DNA from: Clostridia bacterium
GTDB taxonomy: Bacteria; Bacillota; Clostridia; Oscillospirales; CAG-272
DNA length: 64,000 nucleotides
Assembly (NCBI GenBank): GCA_017451045.1
Contig: JAFSSK010000098.1
Location: forward strand, 14,561-78,560
Reading direction: 5' to 3'
Program-made: the position numbers and the translations under genes
In this document: piece by piece, positions 8,747 through 18,606 of the stretch
How positions within the stretch are numbered: position 1 is the first letter of the stretch
Layout: the number at the start of each line of letters is the position of its first letter
Notes under the pieces: generated by a model
The model's database searches: none
What the model saw: the letters and a program-made list of their open reading frames with translations, nothing else
Told to the model about the DNA's origin: nothing

Positions 8747-9898
8747 ATGACAAAGCAGGAAATACTCAGCCGCTGCAACGGCTTTTTGAAAGGGATATGC
8801 CATCCGGGACAGAACCTGGACCTCGTCAAAGCGGCAGGATTCGGCTGGGTCCGCTGGGACGTCCCGTTCCCGTATGACAAAAACGGAAAAAAGGCCCCTT
8901 CCTTCGAACACTTCATCGGCCGCTGCAAAGCGTTTGCGGACATAGGGATCCGGACGATATGCGTCTCGCCGTACCCAAGGGACTTCCTCGAATGCGGGAT
9001 TGACGTAAGGACCGAGGAAGGGTTGGCGACCGTATCGGATATCTGCCGGAGGATGGCCGCAGACATGAAGGACGTGGTGGGCTGCTGGCAGGCGACCAAC
9101 GAGATGTTCGTCCCGGCGTTCCGCGCCCCGATCACGGAGGAGGAAGCTGTCGGTTTCGTGGCGGCAAGCATCCAAGGCCTTCGCGCCGCGGGGACTGATG
9201 CCCTCATCGGCCACAACTGCTACGCGTCCGGATGGGAAAAATACGCCCTTGCCATCGATGAGAGATCCGGCGGAAGCGACTACGCGGGTGTCGACCTGTA
9301 TGCAGGCACCTGGGGTCCGGGCGGTGTCGATTCCTACATTCCGGAACTGGAACGGGTGGCTGCCCTTGCCGGGCTCCCGGTCATCCTGATGGAATTCGGA
9401 TTCGCTTCGAAAGGCAGCAGCACGGATCTGTACAGCAACGGCCAGATCAACTGGGAAAACCCGGTCCTGAACTCATTTTTGAACCGCTTCTCCTTCAAGG
9501 ACGCGCATGAGGTGCTCGCCGAGCCTGACCGGTTCGTGCGCACCGTCCTGGACACATGCAGCCCCGACATGGCAAAAAGGGCGAGGGAATGCTCCCCTTC
9601 CGACAAGATCCCCTACATCATGCAGAGCGTCCCGCACCTGCTCAAATCCTGGCCGGCCAAAAGCGACACCGAGCATACGCCGCAGACGCAGGCCGAATTC
9701 TACACCCGCCTGCTCCCGCGCCTGATGGAGCACCCGCAGATCTGCGGAGCGGCCATCTACTGCATGTACGACAGCGACAACTGCTTCACCTGCGGGATGG
9801 AGGACTGTCCCTGCGAGACGGCCTGGGGACTTGTGAGACACGACGGAACGCCCAAGCCGGCCTACGAGGCGGTCGCTGCCGTTTTCAACGCCCGCTGA
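8747..9898 (+). CDS. Clan GH-A (TIM-barrel) glycoside hydrolase, family unassigned
   Basis: 'WQATNEM' (Asn-Glu acid/base) and 'VILMEFGF' (nucleophile Glu) at the usual spacing. The C-terminal 'WGLVRHDGTPKPAY' is typical of GH-A enzymes. RBS AAGGAGGA. No signal peptide. Confidence 0.6.
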   Translation: MTKQEILSRCNGFLKGICHPGQNLDLVKAAGFGWVRWDVPFPYDKNGKKAPSFEHFIGRCKAFADIGIRTICVSPYPRDFLECGIDVRTEEGLATVSDICRRMAADMKDVVGCWQATNEMFVPAFRAPITEEEAVGFVAASIQGLRAAGTDALIGHNCYASGWEKYALAIDERSGGSDYAGVDLYAGTWGPGGVDSYIPELERVAALAGLPVILMEFGFASKGSSTDLYSNGQINWENPVLNSFLNRFSFKDAHEVLAEPDRFVRTVLDTCSPDMAKRARECSPSDKIPYIMQSVPHLLKSWPAKSDTEHTPQTQAEFYTRLLPRLMEHPQICGAAIYCMYDSDNCFTCGMEDCPCETAWGLVRHDGTPKPAYEAVAAVFNAR

Positions 9899-9914
9899 CG
9901 CGATCATCTTATAG

Positions 9915-9943
9915 TTGACAAAAAATATAAAAAGTTTTATAAT
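9915..9943 (+). promoter_or_regulatory. Consensus sigma-A promoter of the yicC...rsgA block
   Basis: TTGACA, exactly 17 nt, TATAAT. Confidence 0.7.
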
Positions 9944-9968
9944 GTGGGGCAGTTAGGAGAGATGTTTT

Positions 9969-10856
9969 ATGATTGCTAGCATGACTGCGTTCGGAAGGAT
10001 CCGGCAAACGATAGACGGATTGAACATCACAGCCGAGATCAAATCGGTCAACGGCCGGTACCTCGACTGCAACTGCCGCCTGCCCAAGCCCTGGGCCTAT
10101 CTTGAAGAGAAGATCAAGCCTTTTTTGCTGGAAGCCGGCGTTACCCGCGGGAAGATCGATCTTTACGTGAGCTGTGAGGACCTTCGCGCAGCGACGGCCG
10201 TTCTGTCCCTTGACAAGGCCTATGCGGGCCAGTACGTCGCCGCGCTGCGCCAGCTGCGAGACGAGTTCGGGCTTCCCGACGACATCACGACCATGTCCGT
10301 CGCGGCCAATCAGGACGTCTTTTCCGTCGCCGCCCCCGAAGAAGACCCGGACCGGGACTGGCAGACGCTGAAAAAAGCGGTCTCGGCCGTCCTCGAGGTG
10401 TTCCTCAGGTCCAGGGAGGACGAAGGCGGCAGGCTGAAAGCCGACATCCTCAAAAAGCTTGAAGGGATCGGCAGCCGCGTCGAGCAGATCGCGAAGAAAT
10501 CCGAAAGCGATATCACCGGATACCGCGAGAAACTGGCGGACCGGGTCAGACAGGCGCTGCAGGACAACAAGATCAGCATCGACGAGAGCAGGATCCTGAC
10601 GGAATGCGCCATCTATGCGGACAGGGTCGCCATCGACGAGGAACTTGTCCGGCTGCGTTCCCACATCGAGGCTTTCACAGCCATCTGCGACGATCCCTCC
10701 CCTGCCGGGAAACGGCTCGACTTCCTGCTTCAGGAGATGAATCGCGAAGTCAACACCATCGGGTCGAAGTGCTCCGACGCGGAGATCGCGCATATGGTCG
10801 TAGACATCAAGAACGAACTGGAGAAGATCCGCGAACAGGTCCAGAACATAGAGTAA
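9969..10856 (+). CDS. yicC: YicC/YloC family endoribonuclease
   Basis: MIASMTAFGR..EIKSVNGRYLD.. N-terminus and 'LLQEMNREVNTIGSK' C-terminal motif. It occupies the yloC position before remA-gmk. Confidence 0.9.
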   Translation: MIASMTAFGRIRQTIDGLNITAEIKSVNGRYLDCNCRLPKPWAYLEEKIKPFLLEAGVTRGKIDLYVSCEDLRAATAVLSLDKAYAGQYVAALRQLRDEFGLPDDITTMSVAANQDVFSVAAPEEDPDRDWQTLKKAVSAVLEVFLRSREDEGGRLKADILKKLEGIGSRVEQIAKKSESDITGYREKLADRVRQALQDNKISIDESRILTECAIYADRVAIDEELVRLRSHIEAFTAICDDPSPAGKRLDFLLQEMNREVNTIGSKCSDAEIAHMVVDIKNELEKIREQVQNIE

Positions 10857-10868
10857 AGGGTTTGAACC

Positions 10869-11135
10869 ATGACAGATACATTCTTAAACGTCGGATTCGG
10901 GAATCTGGTTTCCCCGGACCGCATCATCGCGATCGTTGTTCCTGATTCCGCGCCTATCAAGCGCCTGGTCCAGGAAGCCAAGGACGGCGGGAACGCCATC
11001 GATGTTTCCTGCGGCCGCAAGACGAGATCCGTGCTGATCACGGACTCGGGACACGTCATCATGTCCGCCATCCAGGTGGACACCCTGAAGTCGCGTCTGT
11101 CCGGCAACAACGTCCCGGACGACGCAGACCAGTAA
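10869..11135 (+). CDS. remA: RemA/DUF370 family regulator
   Basis: 'LNVGFGNLVSPDRIIAIVVPDSAPIKRLVQEAKD' aligns closely with B. subtilis RemA. Confidence 0.9.
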   Translation: MTDTFLNVGFGNLVSPDRIIAIVVPDSAPIKRLVQEAKDGGNAIDVSCGRKTRSVLITDSGHVIMSAIQVDTLKSRLSGNNVPDDADQ

Positions 11136-11158
11136 TCTTTCACAGGAGCGTTACGCAC

Positions 11159-11779
11159 ATGAGTATGCAGCAGCCCGGTCTTTTGCTGGTCGTTTCCGGA
11201 CCGGCAGGCAGCGGGAAAGGAACCGTCAACCAGGAACTGCTGAAGACAGGGGATTTCGATTTCTCGGTCTCGGCCACGACCCGCGCCCCGCGTCCCGGAG
11301 AGGTCGACGGCGTCCATTACCATTTCATCTCCCGCGAAGACTTCACCGAGCGCATCCGCCGGGGAGAAATGCTGGAATACACGGAATATGTCGGGAACTA
11401 CTACGGCACGCCGCTGGACGGCGTCAGAAAATCCATCGCCGCAGGCCGTAACATGATCCTCGAGATCGAGCTGGAAGGCGCAAGGCACGTCAAGGAGAAA
11501 TATCCCGACGCGGTCCTCGTCATCCTGCTTCCCGTCACCTTCAAGACGCAGGAGGAACGCCTGCGCAAGAGAGGGACAGAGCCGGAGGAAAAAATCCGTG
11601 CAAGGCTCGAGAGGACCAAAGAGGAAATGAAATATCTCGACGTGTACGATTACATCGTATACAACCGGGACGGATGCGCAAAAGACGCGGTGAACGACCT
11701 GCTCGCCATCGTTAGAGCCGAGAAATGCAAGACGTCAAGACACCCTGACGCAGCTGATAAATATTTTGAAAAATCATAA
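11159..11779 (+). CDS. gmk: Guanylate kinase
   Basis: 'GPAGSGKGT' P-loop, 'SATTRAPRPGEVDGVHYHF' and 'YYGTP'. Confidence 0.95.
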   Translation: MSMQQPGLLLVVSGPAGSGKGTVNQELLKTGDFDFSVSATTRAPRPGEVDGVHYHFISREDFTERIRRGEMLEYTEYVGNYYGTPLDGVRKSIAAGRNMILEIELEGARHVKEKYPDAVLVILLPVTFKTQEERLRKRGTEPEEKIRARLERTKEEMKYLDVYDYIVYNRDGCAKDAVNDLLAIVRAEKCKTSRHPDAADKYFEKS

Positions 11780-11796
11780 GAAACAGAGGTAGACAC

Positions 11797-12072
11797 ATGC
11801 TTCACCCAACCGCACAGGAATTGTCCGAAAACAATAAATGGAACCGGTATGAGATTGCGCTCGCGGCAGCCAAAGGCGCCAGGATCATCACCAACGAGTA
11901 CGTCCGGCAGCACGACGCAGCTGAAAAGCAGCTGACCGGCAGCAAGGATACGGACAAGCCGCTGAACACGATGATCGACAAGGAGTTCCGGGACGTCAAA
12001 GCCGTGGAACTTGCCGTCGAATGGATGGAAAGCGGAAAATTCGAAGTCTTCATCAACGATGAAGAATCGTGA
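11797..12072 (+). CDS. rpoZ: DNA-directed RNA polymerase subunit omega
   Basis: 91 aa, 'NRYEIALAAAKGARII', in the conserved position after gmk. Confidence 0.85.
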   Translation: MLHPTAQELSENNKWNRYEIALAAAKGARIITNEYVRQHDAAEKQLTGSKDTDKPLNTMIDKEFRDVKAVELAVEWMESGKFEVFINDEES

Positions 12073-12101
12073 GCGTGGCTCAGACTCAGCTATCCCAACC
12101 A

Positions 12102-12125
12102 GGGCTGTCGCAGTTGCGGCAGCCC
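12102..12125 (+). other. Strong GC hairpin between rpoZ and priA (possible attenuator or processing site)
   Basis: GGGCUGUCGC-aguu-GCGGCAGCCC followed only by UUUGCC. The short U-tract means it is not a confident terminator. Confidence 0.35.
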
Positions 12126-12154
12126 TTTGCCGCTAACGACGATCGAGAGGAACC

Positions 12155-14668
12155 GTGACCATGTCCGACGCCCGTATCTGTGCCGACGTCCGCATCCTGG
12201 ACGTCCCGTACAGCATAGACAAAACGTATGAATATCTCGTCCCGGAGCACCTGAAGGATTCGCTCGTCCGCGGTTCGATCGCGGCCGTCCCGTTCGGCAG
12301 GGGCGACAAACTGCGCCTTTGCGTCGTGACGGACATTCACGAGAACCGGGAGGAATCCGCGCTCAAAAGCGTGGACGACGTAAGCCCGGACGGCTTTTCC
12401 GTCGACGAGGAGATGCTGCGGCTTTGCGGTTTCATGACGGAGCAGCTGCTCTGTACGTTCGGCGACGCGCTGAGGACCGTTTTCCCCGCGGGCGTGATCA
12501 TGCGTCTGCAGGACGGGTTCGCCGTCCCGGATGACGCGCCCGGCGAGCCCGAGATCCGCGACGGGGCGGAACTGGAAGTCTTCTCCTGGATCCGTTCGCA
12601 CCCGGGCGTTACTTTCCAGTCCCTGAAAGCGAGATTCGGGCCGGAAGCAAGACGGTACGTAGGTCGCCTGCTGGACAAGAAATACCTGACAAGGACAGGC
12701 CAGCTCACAGAGTCCTTGAAGCCCCGCTTTTTGTATGAGTACGAACTGGCGATCCCGTATGAAACGGCCAGAAGGCTTTCGGAAGGCGAAGCCTGCGACG
12801 GCTTAAAGAAAATAGCGGGAGACAAGCAGCGGGAAGTGCTGAGCGCGCTTCTGCGGCTGGAAGGTCAGGCGCCGCTGGAAGAGATCGAGAGCGAGTGCGG
12901 CTTCAAAGCCCGCGTCCAGCTGCAGAACCTGGCTGAGAAAAACATCATCCGGGAACTAAAAAAACCGCTGGACCGCAATCCGTACCGTGACAGGGATCAG
13001 GATCCCGCGGCTCCCGACTACGTGCTCAACGAGGAGCAGGCCAAGGCTGTCTTCGAGCTGACGGACCTCGCGGATTCCGGCGAGGCGAAAGGCGCGCTGC
13101 TTTACGGCGTGACCGGCAGCGGGAAGACCAGCGTGATCATCAAGCTGATCGACCACCTCATCTCGCAGGGAAAGGGCGTCATCGTCCTGCTCCCCGAGAT
13201 TGCGCTGACGCCTCAGTCTGTCAGGATCTTCAGCAGCCGTTACGGCAGCGATATCTCCGTCCTTCATTCCTCGCTGTCCGCGGGCGAACGGCGGGACGCA
13301 TGGTTTCGCATAGATTCCGGCCGGTGCAGGATCGTCATCGGCACAAGATCCGCCGTCTTCGCGCCGGTAAGGGACCTCGGCGCCGTCATCATAGACGAGG
13401 AACAGGAACATACATACAAATCGGACCAGAATCCGAAATACCACGCCAGGGACATTGCCAGATTCCGGTGCGCCCATCACAGGTGCCTGATGCTCCTGTC
13501 CTCCGCGACCCCTTCCCTGGAAAGCTACTACAAGGCCAAAGAAGGCGCATACAGCCTTCTGAAACTCTCTTCCCGGTACGGGAACGCCGAGCTGCCGCAG
13601 GTGGAGATCGTCGATATCCGCGAGGAGACAAGACAGGGCAACATCTCTCCCGTCAGCGGCCGCCTGCTCGACGCGCTGCGCGAGAACAACCAGAAGAAGG
13701 AGCAGGCCATCCTGTTCCTGAACCGCAGGGGGTACAACAACTTCCTGTCCTGTCCGAAATGCGGAGAGGCGGTCAGATGCCCCAGCTGTTCCGTCGCCAT
13801 GACGTACCACACCTACAGGGGGACTTATAAATCCGGCAGACTCGTCTGCCATTTCTGCGGCAGGACACAGCCGCTTCCCGACACCTGCCCTCAGTGCGGC
13901 GGGGCGGGACTCATCCGTTTCGGCTTCGGCACCCAGCGGGTGGAGCAGGATCTGACGAACCTTTTGCCGGAAGCCCGCGCCATCCGTATGGACGCGGACG
14001 CGACCGTCGCCAAATTCTCTACCGATGAGATACTAAGCAGATTCAGGAACCACGAGGCGGACATCCTGCTCGGGACCCAGATGGTCACAAAGGGCCACGA
14101 CTTCCCGAAAGTCACGCTGGTGGGCGTCCTGTGCGCAGACACGTCCCTGTACTTGGACGACTACCGCGCATACGAGCGGACTTTTTCCATGCTGACGCAG
14201 GTGATAGGCCGCTGCGGACGTGCCGATCTTCCCGGCAAGGCCTATATCCAGACGGCCAACCCGGGCCATGAGATCATCCGGCTGGCATGCGCCCAGGACT
14301 ACGACGGCTTTTACGAAAAGGAGATCAGGCTGCGCAAGGCGCTCGTATTCCCTCCCTTCTGCGACATCGCGCTGCTGACGCTGTCGGGGATCGCGGAAAA
14401 AGAGGTCGCTGCCGAATCGGCGGCACTAGCCGCCCGCATAGCGGAACTCACGTCCCCGCAGGGCAGCTTCTCCGACGTGCGCATCCAGATGTTCGGTCCT
14501 TTCGAAGCGCCCGTTTACAAGGTGGAAAACAAGTACCGGATGCGTCTGGTCATCAAATGCAAACTGAACAGACAGACGAGACAGCTGTTCGCAGAATGCC
14601 TGCGGGCCAACGGCGCCGACGCTGGGAAGCCCCTGCTGTCCGTCGATTTCAATCCCGCGTCCCTGTGA
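12155..14668 (+). CDS. priA: Primosomal protein N' (replication restart helicase PriA)
   Basis: 'GVTGSGKT' Walker A, 'IIDEEQE' DExx box, and Cys4 zinc motifs (CPKCGEAVRCPSC...CHFCG..CPQCG). The start could be GTG 12155 or ATG 12161. Confidence 0.95.
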   Translation: MTMSDARICADVRILDVPYSIDKTYEYLVPEHLKDSLVRGSIAAVPFGRGDKLRLCVVTDIHENREESALKSVDDVSPDGFSVDEEMLRLCGFMTEQLLCTFGDALRTVFPAGVIMRLQDGFAVPDDAPGEPEIRDGAELEVFSWIRSHPGVTFQSLKARFGPEARRYVGRLLDKKYLTRTGQLTESLKPRFLYEYELAIPYETARRLSEGEACDGLKKIAGDKQREVLSALLRLEGQAPLEEIESECGFKARVQLQNLAEKNIIRELKKPLDRNPYRDRDQDPAAPDYVLNEEQAKAVFELTDLADSGEAKGALLYGVTGSGKTSVIIKLIDHLISQGKGVIVLLPEIALTPQSVRIFSSRYGSDISVLHSSLSAGERRDAWFRIDSGRCRIVIGTRSAVFAPVRDLGAVIIDEEQEHTYKSDQNPKYHARDIARFRCAHHRCLMLLSSATPSLESYYKAKEGAYSLLKLSSRYGNAELPQVEIVDIREETRQGNISPVSGRLLDALRENNQKKEQAILFLNRRGYNNFLSCPKCGEAVRCPSCSVAMTYHTYRGTYKSGRLVCHFCGRTQPLPDTCPQCGGAGLIRFGFGTQRVEQDLTNLLPEARAIRMDADATVAKFSTDEILSRFRNHEADILLGTQMVTKGHDFPKVTLVGVLCADTSLYLDDYRAYERTFSMLTQVIGRCGRADLPGKAYIQTANPGHEIIRLACAQDYDGFYEKEIRLRKALVFPPFCDIALLTLSGIAEKEVAAESAALAARIAELTSPQGSFSDVRIQMFGPFEAPVYKVENKYRMRLVIKCKLNRQTRQLFAECLRANGADAGKPLLSVDFNPASL

Positions 14669-14714
14669 CGCGGACATAAGACATAACGCCAATTACAACA
14701 AGGAGAACGCAACG

Positions 14715-15197
14715 ATGGCAAAGCTGAAACTCATGATCTTAGGAAAAGACGACGATGTGCTGCGGGCGCACTGCCGCCCGGTCGACCAGATCACGGACAG
14801 GATCATAAGACTTCTCGACGACATGACCGAGACCATGCGGGCGAACAACGGATGCGGCCTGGCGGCGAACCAGGTCGGCGTGCTGCGCAGGGTTGTGGTG
14901 ATCGAGGTCGAGGAAGGAAACGTGATCGAACTCATCAATCCCAAGATCGTTGCCATGGCGGGCGAGCAGCACGAATCGGAAGGCTGCCTGTCCCTTCCCG
15001 GCCGCTGGGGCATCACCACGCGTCCCAAGTCCGTGACGGTACGGGCTCTTAACCGCAAGGGCGAAGAGTTCGAGATCACGGGCCAGGATCTTCTTGCCAG
15101 GGCTTTCTGCCACGAGCTCGACCATCTTGACGGGAAAATGTTCTCGGACAACGCGGAAATGATCGATCCGGACAAAGAGTCCCGCGGAGGGAACTGA
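14715..15197 (+). CDS. def: Peptide deformylase
   Basis: 'GCGLAANQVG', 'EGCLSLPG' and 'HELDHLDG' motifs. Confidence 0.95.
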   Translation: MAKLKLMILGKDDDVLRAHCRPVDQITDRIIRLLDDMTETMRANNGCGLAANQVGVLRRVVVIEVEEGNVIELINPKIVAMAGEQHESEGCLSLPGRWGITTRPKSVTVRALNRKGEEFEITGQDLLARAFCHELDHLDGKMFSDNAEMIDPDKESRGGN

Positions 15198-15199
15198 TC

Positions 15200-16153
15200 A
15201 TGCGGATACTCTTCATGGGTTCCCCGGATTTTGCCATACCCTCTCTTTCCGCGCTGCTTGACGCAGGCGAGAACGTCGTCGGCGTCGTAACGCAGACGGA
15301 CAAGCCGAAAGGCCGCGGATACGTCCTGACGCCGCCGCCAGTGAAGGTGTTCGCGCAGGAGCGCGGGATCCCCGTCTGGCAGCCGCGGACATTGCGCGAC
15401 GAGCAGTTCGACGCGCTCCTGAAGCAACTGGATCCGGAGCTGATCGTCGTCGTCGCTTTCGGCAAGATCCTGCCCGCGTCCGTTCTGTCCTATCCCCGCT
15501 TCGGATGCATCAACGTGCACGGCTCGCTGCTCCCTAAATACAGAGGCGCGGCCCCCATGCAGCGGTGTCTCATCGACGGGTGCGCCGAGACGGGCGTCAC
15601 CACGATGTTCATGGACGAAGGGCTCGACACGGGGGACATGCTGCTCTCCCAGGCCGTCCCGATCGGTCCCGACGACAATTTCGAAGACATCCACGACAGT
15701 CTGGCTGCGGCAGGCGCGGATCTTCTGATCCGCACGGTCCAATCGCTGAAGGCGGGAACGCTTGTAAGGCATAAACAGCCCGAGGAGGGCGTCAGCTACG
15801 CGGCCAAGATCGAATCGGCGGACTGCCTGCTCGATTTCTCATGGCCCGTTCAGCGCGTCCACGACAGGATACGGGGCCTTTCCCCCTTCCCGCTGGCTTT
15901 CACGCGCACGCCGGACGGGAAACTGCTCAAGGCCGTCCGCTCGTCCGTATACAGCAAAGATACGCCGACGCGCGGCCCGGGCGAGATCGTTCCCTCTCAA
16001 GACGGCAGGTTTCTGGTCTGCTGCGGTGACGGGGTCTTAGAACTTGTCACCGTGCTGCCCGAAGGAAAAGGCCGGATGCCGGGCAAGGATTATCTGCGGG
16101 GAAGAAAGTTCCCCGAGGGAAGCCGCCTCGGCGCGGGTGAGCAAAATGGCTGA
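15200..16153 (+). CDS. fmt: Methionyl-tRNA formyltransferase
   Basis: MRILFMGSPDFA.., 'NVHGSLLPKYRGAAP'. Confidence 0.95.
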   Translation: MRILFMGSPDFAIPSLSALLDAGENVVGVVTQTDKPKGRGYVLTPPPVKVFAQERGIPVWQPRTLRDEQFDALLKQLDPELIVVVAFGKILPASVLSYPRFGCINVHGSLLPKYRGAAPMQRCLIDGCAETGVTTMFMDEGLDTGDMLLSQAVPIGPDDNFEDIHDSLAAAGADLLIRTVQSLKAGTLVRHKQPEEGVSYAAKIESADCLLDFSWPVQRVHDRIRGLSPFPLAFTRTPDGKLLKAVRSSVYSKDTPTRGPGEIVPSQDGRFLVCCGDGVLELVTVLPEGKGRMPGKDYLRGRKFPEGSRLGAGEQNG

Positions 16154-17474
16154 CCGGTCCGCTCCAACCCCCCGCGCGCTGGCTCTCAGCATACTAAAGC
16201 GTTGCAGCGCGGCGGATTCCTATGCGAACCTCACGCTGGACTATGTGCTCCGAAGGCAGAATCTTTCCGCACAGGACAGCGCCCTTCTGACAGCGCTCGT
16301 GTACGGCACGATCGAGCGGCAGGTGTCTTTGGACTATTATCTTGCGCACTTTTCAGACTTACCGCTGAACAAAATAGACGAGGCCGTGCTGTGGATCCTT
16401 CGCACGGGTCTTTACCAGATCCTTTACATGGAGCGCATCCCGCCGCACGCCGCCGTCAACGAAAGCGTTTCGCTCGCGCCGCGCAGATCGGCAGGATTCG
16501 TCAACGCCGTTCTCCGCACATGCGTTCGCTGCAAGGAATCTGATTCCATGCCCCCGCTGCCGGCATCCCCCGAGGAGGCGCTGTCGGTCCGCTCGTCCGT
16601 TCCGCTGCCGCTGTGCCTGGAATTCATACGCATATTCGGCTTCGAGAAGACTGAAGCCATGTTCGCGGCGTGGCAGGCCGGCCGCAAACTCTGCCTGCGC
16701 GTCAATACGCTGAAGACGGACAGGGCCACGCTGACGGACCTTCTGAACCGTCACCAGATTGAAGCAATACCGACGTCTCTTTCTCCCAACGGGCTGCTGA
16801 TAGACGAGATGCCCGTTCAGAAGATACCGGGCTTTTCAGACGGTCTTTTCTTCATCCAGGACGAGGCGTCCCAGCTTTGCGTCGAGGCGCTGCAGGCGCA
16901 GCCCGGCGATACCGTCCTTGACTGCTGCGCATGCCCGGGGTCCAAATCTTTCGGGACCGCCATGCGGATGCAGGACAAAGGACTTGTCCTTGCCAACGAC
17001 CTTCACGCCAACAAACTGTCCCTGATCGCATCGGGCGCGGAAAGGCTGGGGGTCTCCGTGATAAAGACGAACGCGTCGGACGCCCGGACCTTTGCGCCGG
17101 CGGAAGGCGTCCTTTATGACAGGATCCTTTGCGACGTGCCATGCTCGGGCTACGGCGTGCTGGGAAAGAAGCCTGAGATCAGGCACAAGCCGCTCCAGAC
17201 CGCGGCAGGCCTCCCGGAGATCCAGCTGGCCATTCTGCGGCACGCGGCCACGCTTCTCGCCCCAGGCGGCAGACTCGTCTACTCGACATGCACCCTTCTG
17301 CCGCAGGAAAACGAGCAGGTCATCGAACAGTTTTTAGAGTCCCGTCCGGACTTCCGCCTGTGCCCGACGGCCGCAGGCGGTCTCGATATTTCGAAGGGGC
17401 TCATCACCCTGACGCCGGACATGTACGGCACGGACGGATTCTTCATCGCCGTCCTCGAAAGAAAGAACGACTGA
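16146..17474 (+). CDS. rsmB: 16S rRNA (cytosine967-C5)-methyltransferase
   Basis: NusB-like N-domain, 'FIQDEASQL', 'DCCACPGSKS', 'DVPCSG' and 'YSTCT'. The start is set at MADRSAP (ATG 16146), which overlaps the fmt stop by 8 nt. Confidence 0.9.
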   Translation: MADRSAPTPRALALSILKRCSAADSYANLTLDYVLRRQNLSAQDSALLTALVYGTIERQVSLDYYLAHFSDLPLNKIDEAVLWILRTGLYQILYMERIPPHAAVNESVSLAPRRSAGFVNAVLRTCVRCKESDSMPPLPASPEEALSVRSSVPLPLCLEFIRIFGFEKTEAMFAAWQAGRKLCLRVNTLKTDRATLTDLLNRHQIEAIPTSLSPNGLLIDEMPVQKIPGFSDGLFFIQDEASQLCVEALQAQPGDTVLDCCACPGSKSFGTAMRMQDKGLVLANDLHANKLSLIASGAERLGVSVIKTNASDARTFAPAEGVLYDRILCDVPCSGYGVLGKKPEIRHKPLQTAAGLPEIQLAILRHAATLLAPGGRLVYSTCTLLPQENEQVIEQFLESRPDFRLCPTAAGGLDISKGLITLTPDMYGTDGFFIAVLERKND

Positions 17475-17499
17475 TTTTACCGGAAAGGAGGCCAACACC

Positions 17500-18606
17500 A
17501 TGACAGACAGGCAGACTGAAAAACGGGATCTGCTCGGCATGCTGCCGGAAGAGTTGCAGACCGAACTGGCAAAATATGGAGAGCCCTCTTTCCGCGCCAA
17601 GCAGATCTTTTCCCAGCTCCACCGTGGCGTGCGGCCGGACGAGATGACCAACATAGGCGCCGCGGCTAAAGAGGCGCTGGCGTCCTTCTCCAGATATTAC
17701 CTGCCGCAGCCGGAGCAGAAACTCGTTTCTGCCATAGACGGAACCGTCAAGTACCTGTTCCGCCTTCACGACGGCAACTGCGTCGAGAGCGTCGTCATGA
17801 AGTACGAGCACGGACTGACGATCTGCATCTCCTCCCAGGTCGGATGCAGGATGGGATGTAAATTCTGCGCCTCCACCATCGGCGGACGCGTCCGGGATCT
17901 AGACACCGGGGAACTTGTCGGCCAGATCGTTGCGGCCCAGAAGGACCTGGGCGTTCGCATCGCCGGCATCGTGATGATGGGGATCGGAGAGCCGCTGGAC
18001 AATTACGACAACGTCGTCAGGTTCCTGCGCCTCGTCAATCACCCGGACGGTCTGAATATCGGCTACCGCCATATCTCGCTATCCACGTGCGGCCTGGTCG
18101 ACCGGATCTACGATCTGATGAAACTGGACCTGCCCATCACGCTGTCCATCTCCCTGCACGCGGCAGACGACGAGACGCGCTCTTCCATCATGCCAGTCAA
18201 CAAGCGCTACCCGATCGACACGCTGCTGGACGCCTGCGCCTCCTATTTTGCGCACACGGGCAGAAGGATCTCATTCGAATATACCCTGATCGCCGGGAAG
18301 AACGACTCGCCAAAGGCGGCAGTCGCGCTGGCTGATCTGCTCAACCGCAAGTTAAGACCGGAACGGCGCGGACCTGAAGGCGGCGCGGTCCCGATCCACG
18401 TGAACCTGATACCCGTCAACGAGGTCAGCGAGACCGGATTCACGCATTCGGAAAAGGCCGCCGTCAGGCGCTTTGCTGAGATACTCGAGCAGCACGGTAT
18501 CCGGGCGACGGTACGCCGCCGGCTCGGTTCGGACATCAACGCTTCCTGTGGCCAGCTGCGCCGCCAGGCGCTGGGGGCCTCCGGCCAGGGGGGTGACGCC
18601 TTATGA
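17500..18606 (+). CDS. rlmN: 23S rRNA/tRNA (adenine-C2)-methyltransferase, radical SAM
   Basis: 'FRAKQIF', 'SSQVGCRMGCKFCAS' and 'GIGEPLDN'. Confidence 0.95.
   Translation: MTDRQTEKRDLLGMLPEELQTELAKYGEPSFRAKQIFSQLHRGVRPDEMTNIGAAAKEALASFSRYYLPQPEQKLVSAIDGTVKYLFRLHDGNCVESVVMKYEHGLTICISSQVGCRMGCKFCASTIGGRVRDLDTGELVGQIVAAQKDLGVRIAGIVMMGIGEPLDNYDNVVRFLRLVNHPDGLNIGYRHISLSTCGLVDRIYDLMKLDLPITLSISLHAADDETRSSIMPVNKRYPIDTLLDACASYFAHTGRRISFEYTLIAGKNDSPKAAVALADLLNRKLRPERRGPEGGAVPIHVNLIPVNEVSETGFTHSEKAAVRRFAEILEQHGIRATVRRRLGSDINASCGQLRRQALGASGQGGDAL

Noticed and set aside
9909-10793. 294-aa ORF antisense to yicC. Similar long antisense or alternate-frame ORFs include 14693-15772, 20496-21662, 21671-22636, 24299-25603, 28160-29068, 29986-31152, 32557-33753, 36087-37568, 41011-42618, 44281-45255 and 49120-50142.
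   Set aside because: - All lie fully inside genes whose opposite-strand or other-frame products have clear family motifs.
- Their translations are Arg/Gly/Pro/Ala/His-rich low-complexity strings with no recognisable motifs.
- They lack RBSs.
- Stop-free alternative frames of this kind are expected in GC-rich coding DNA.
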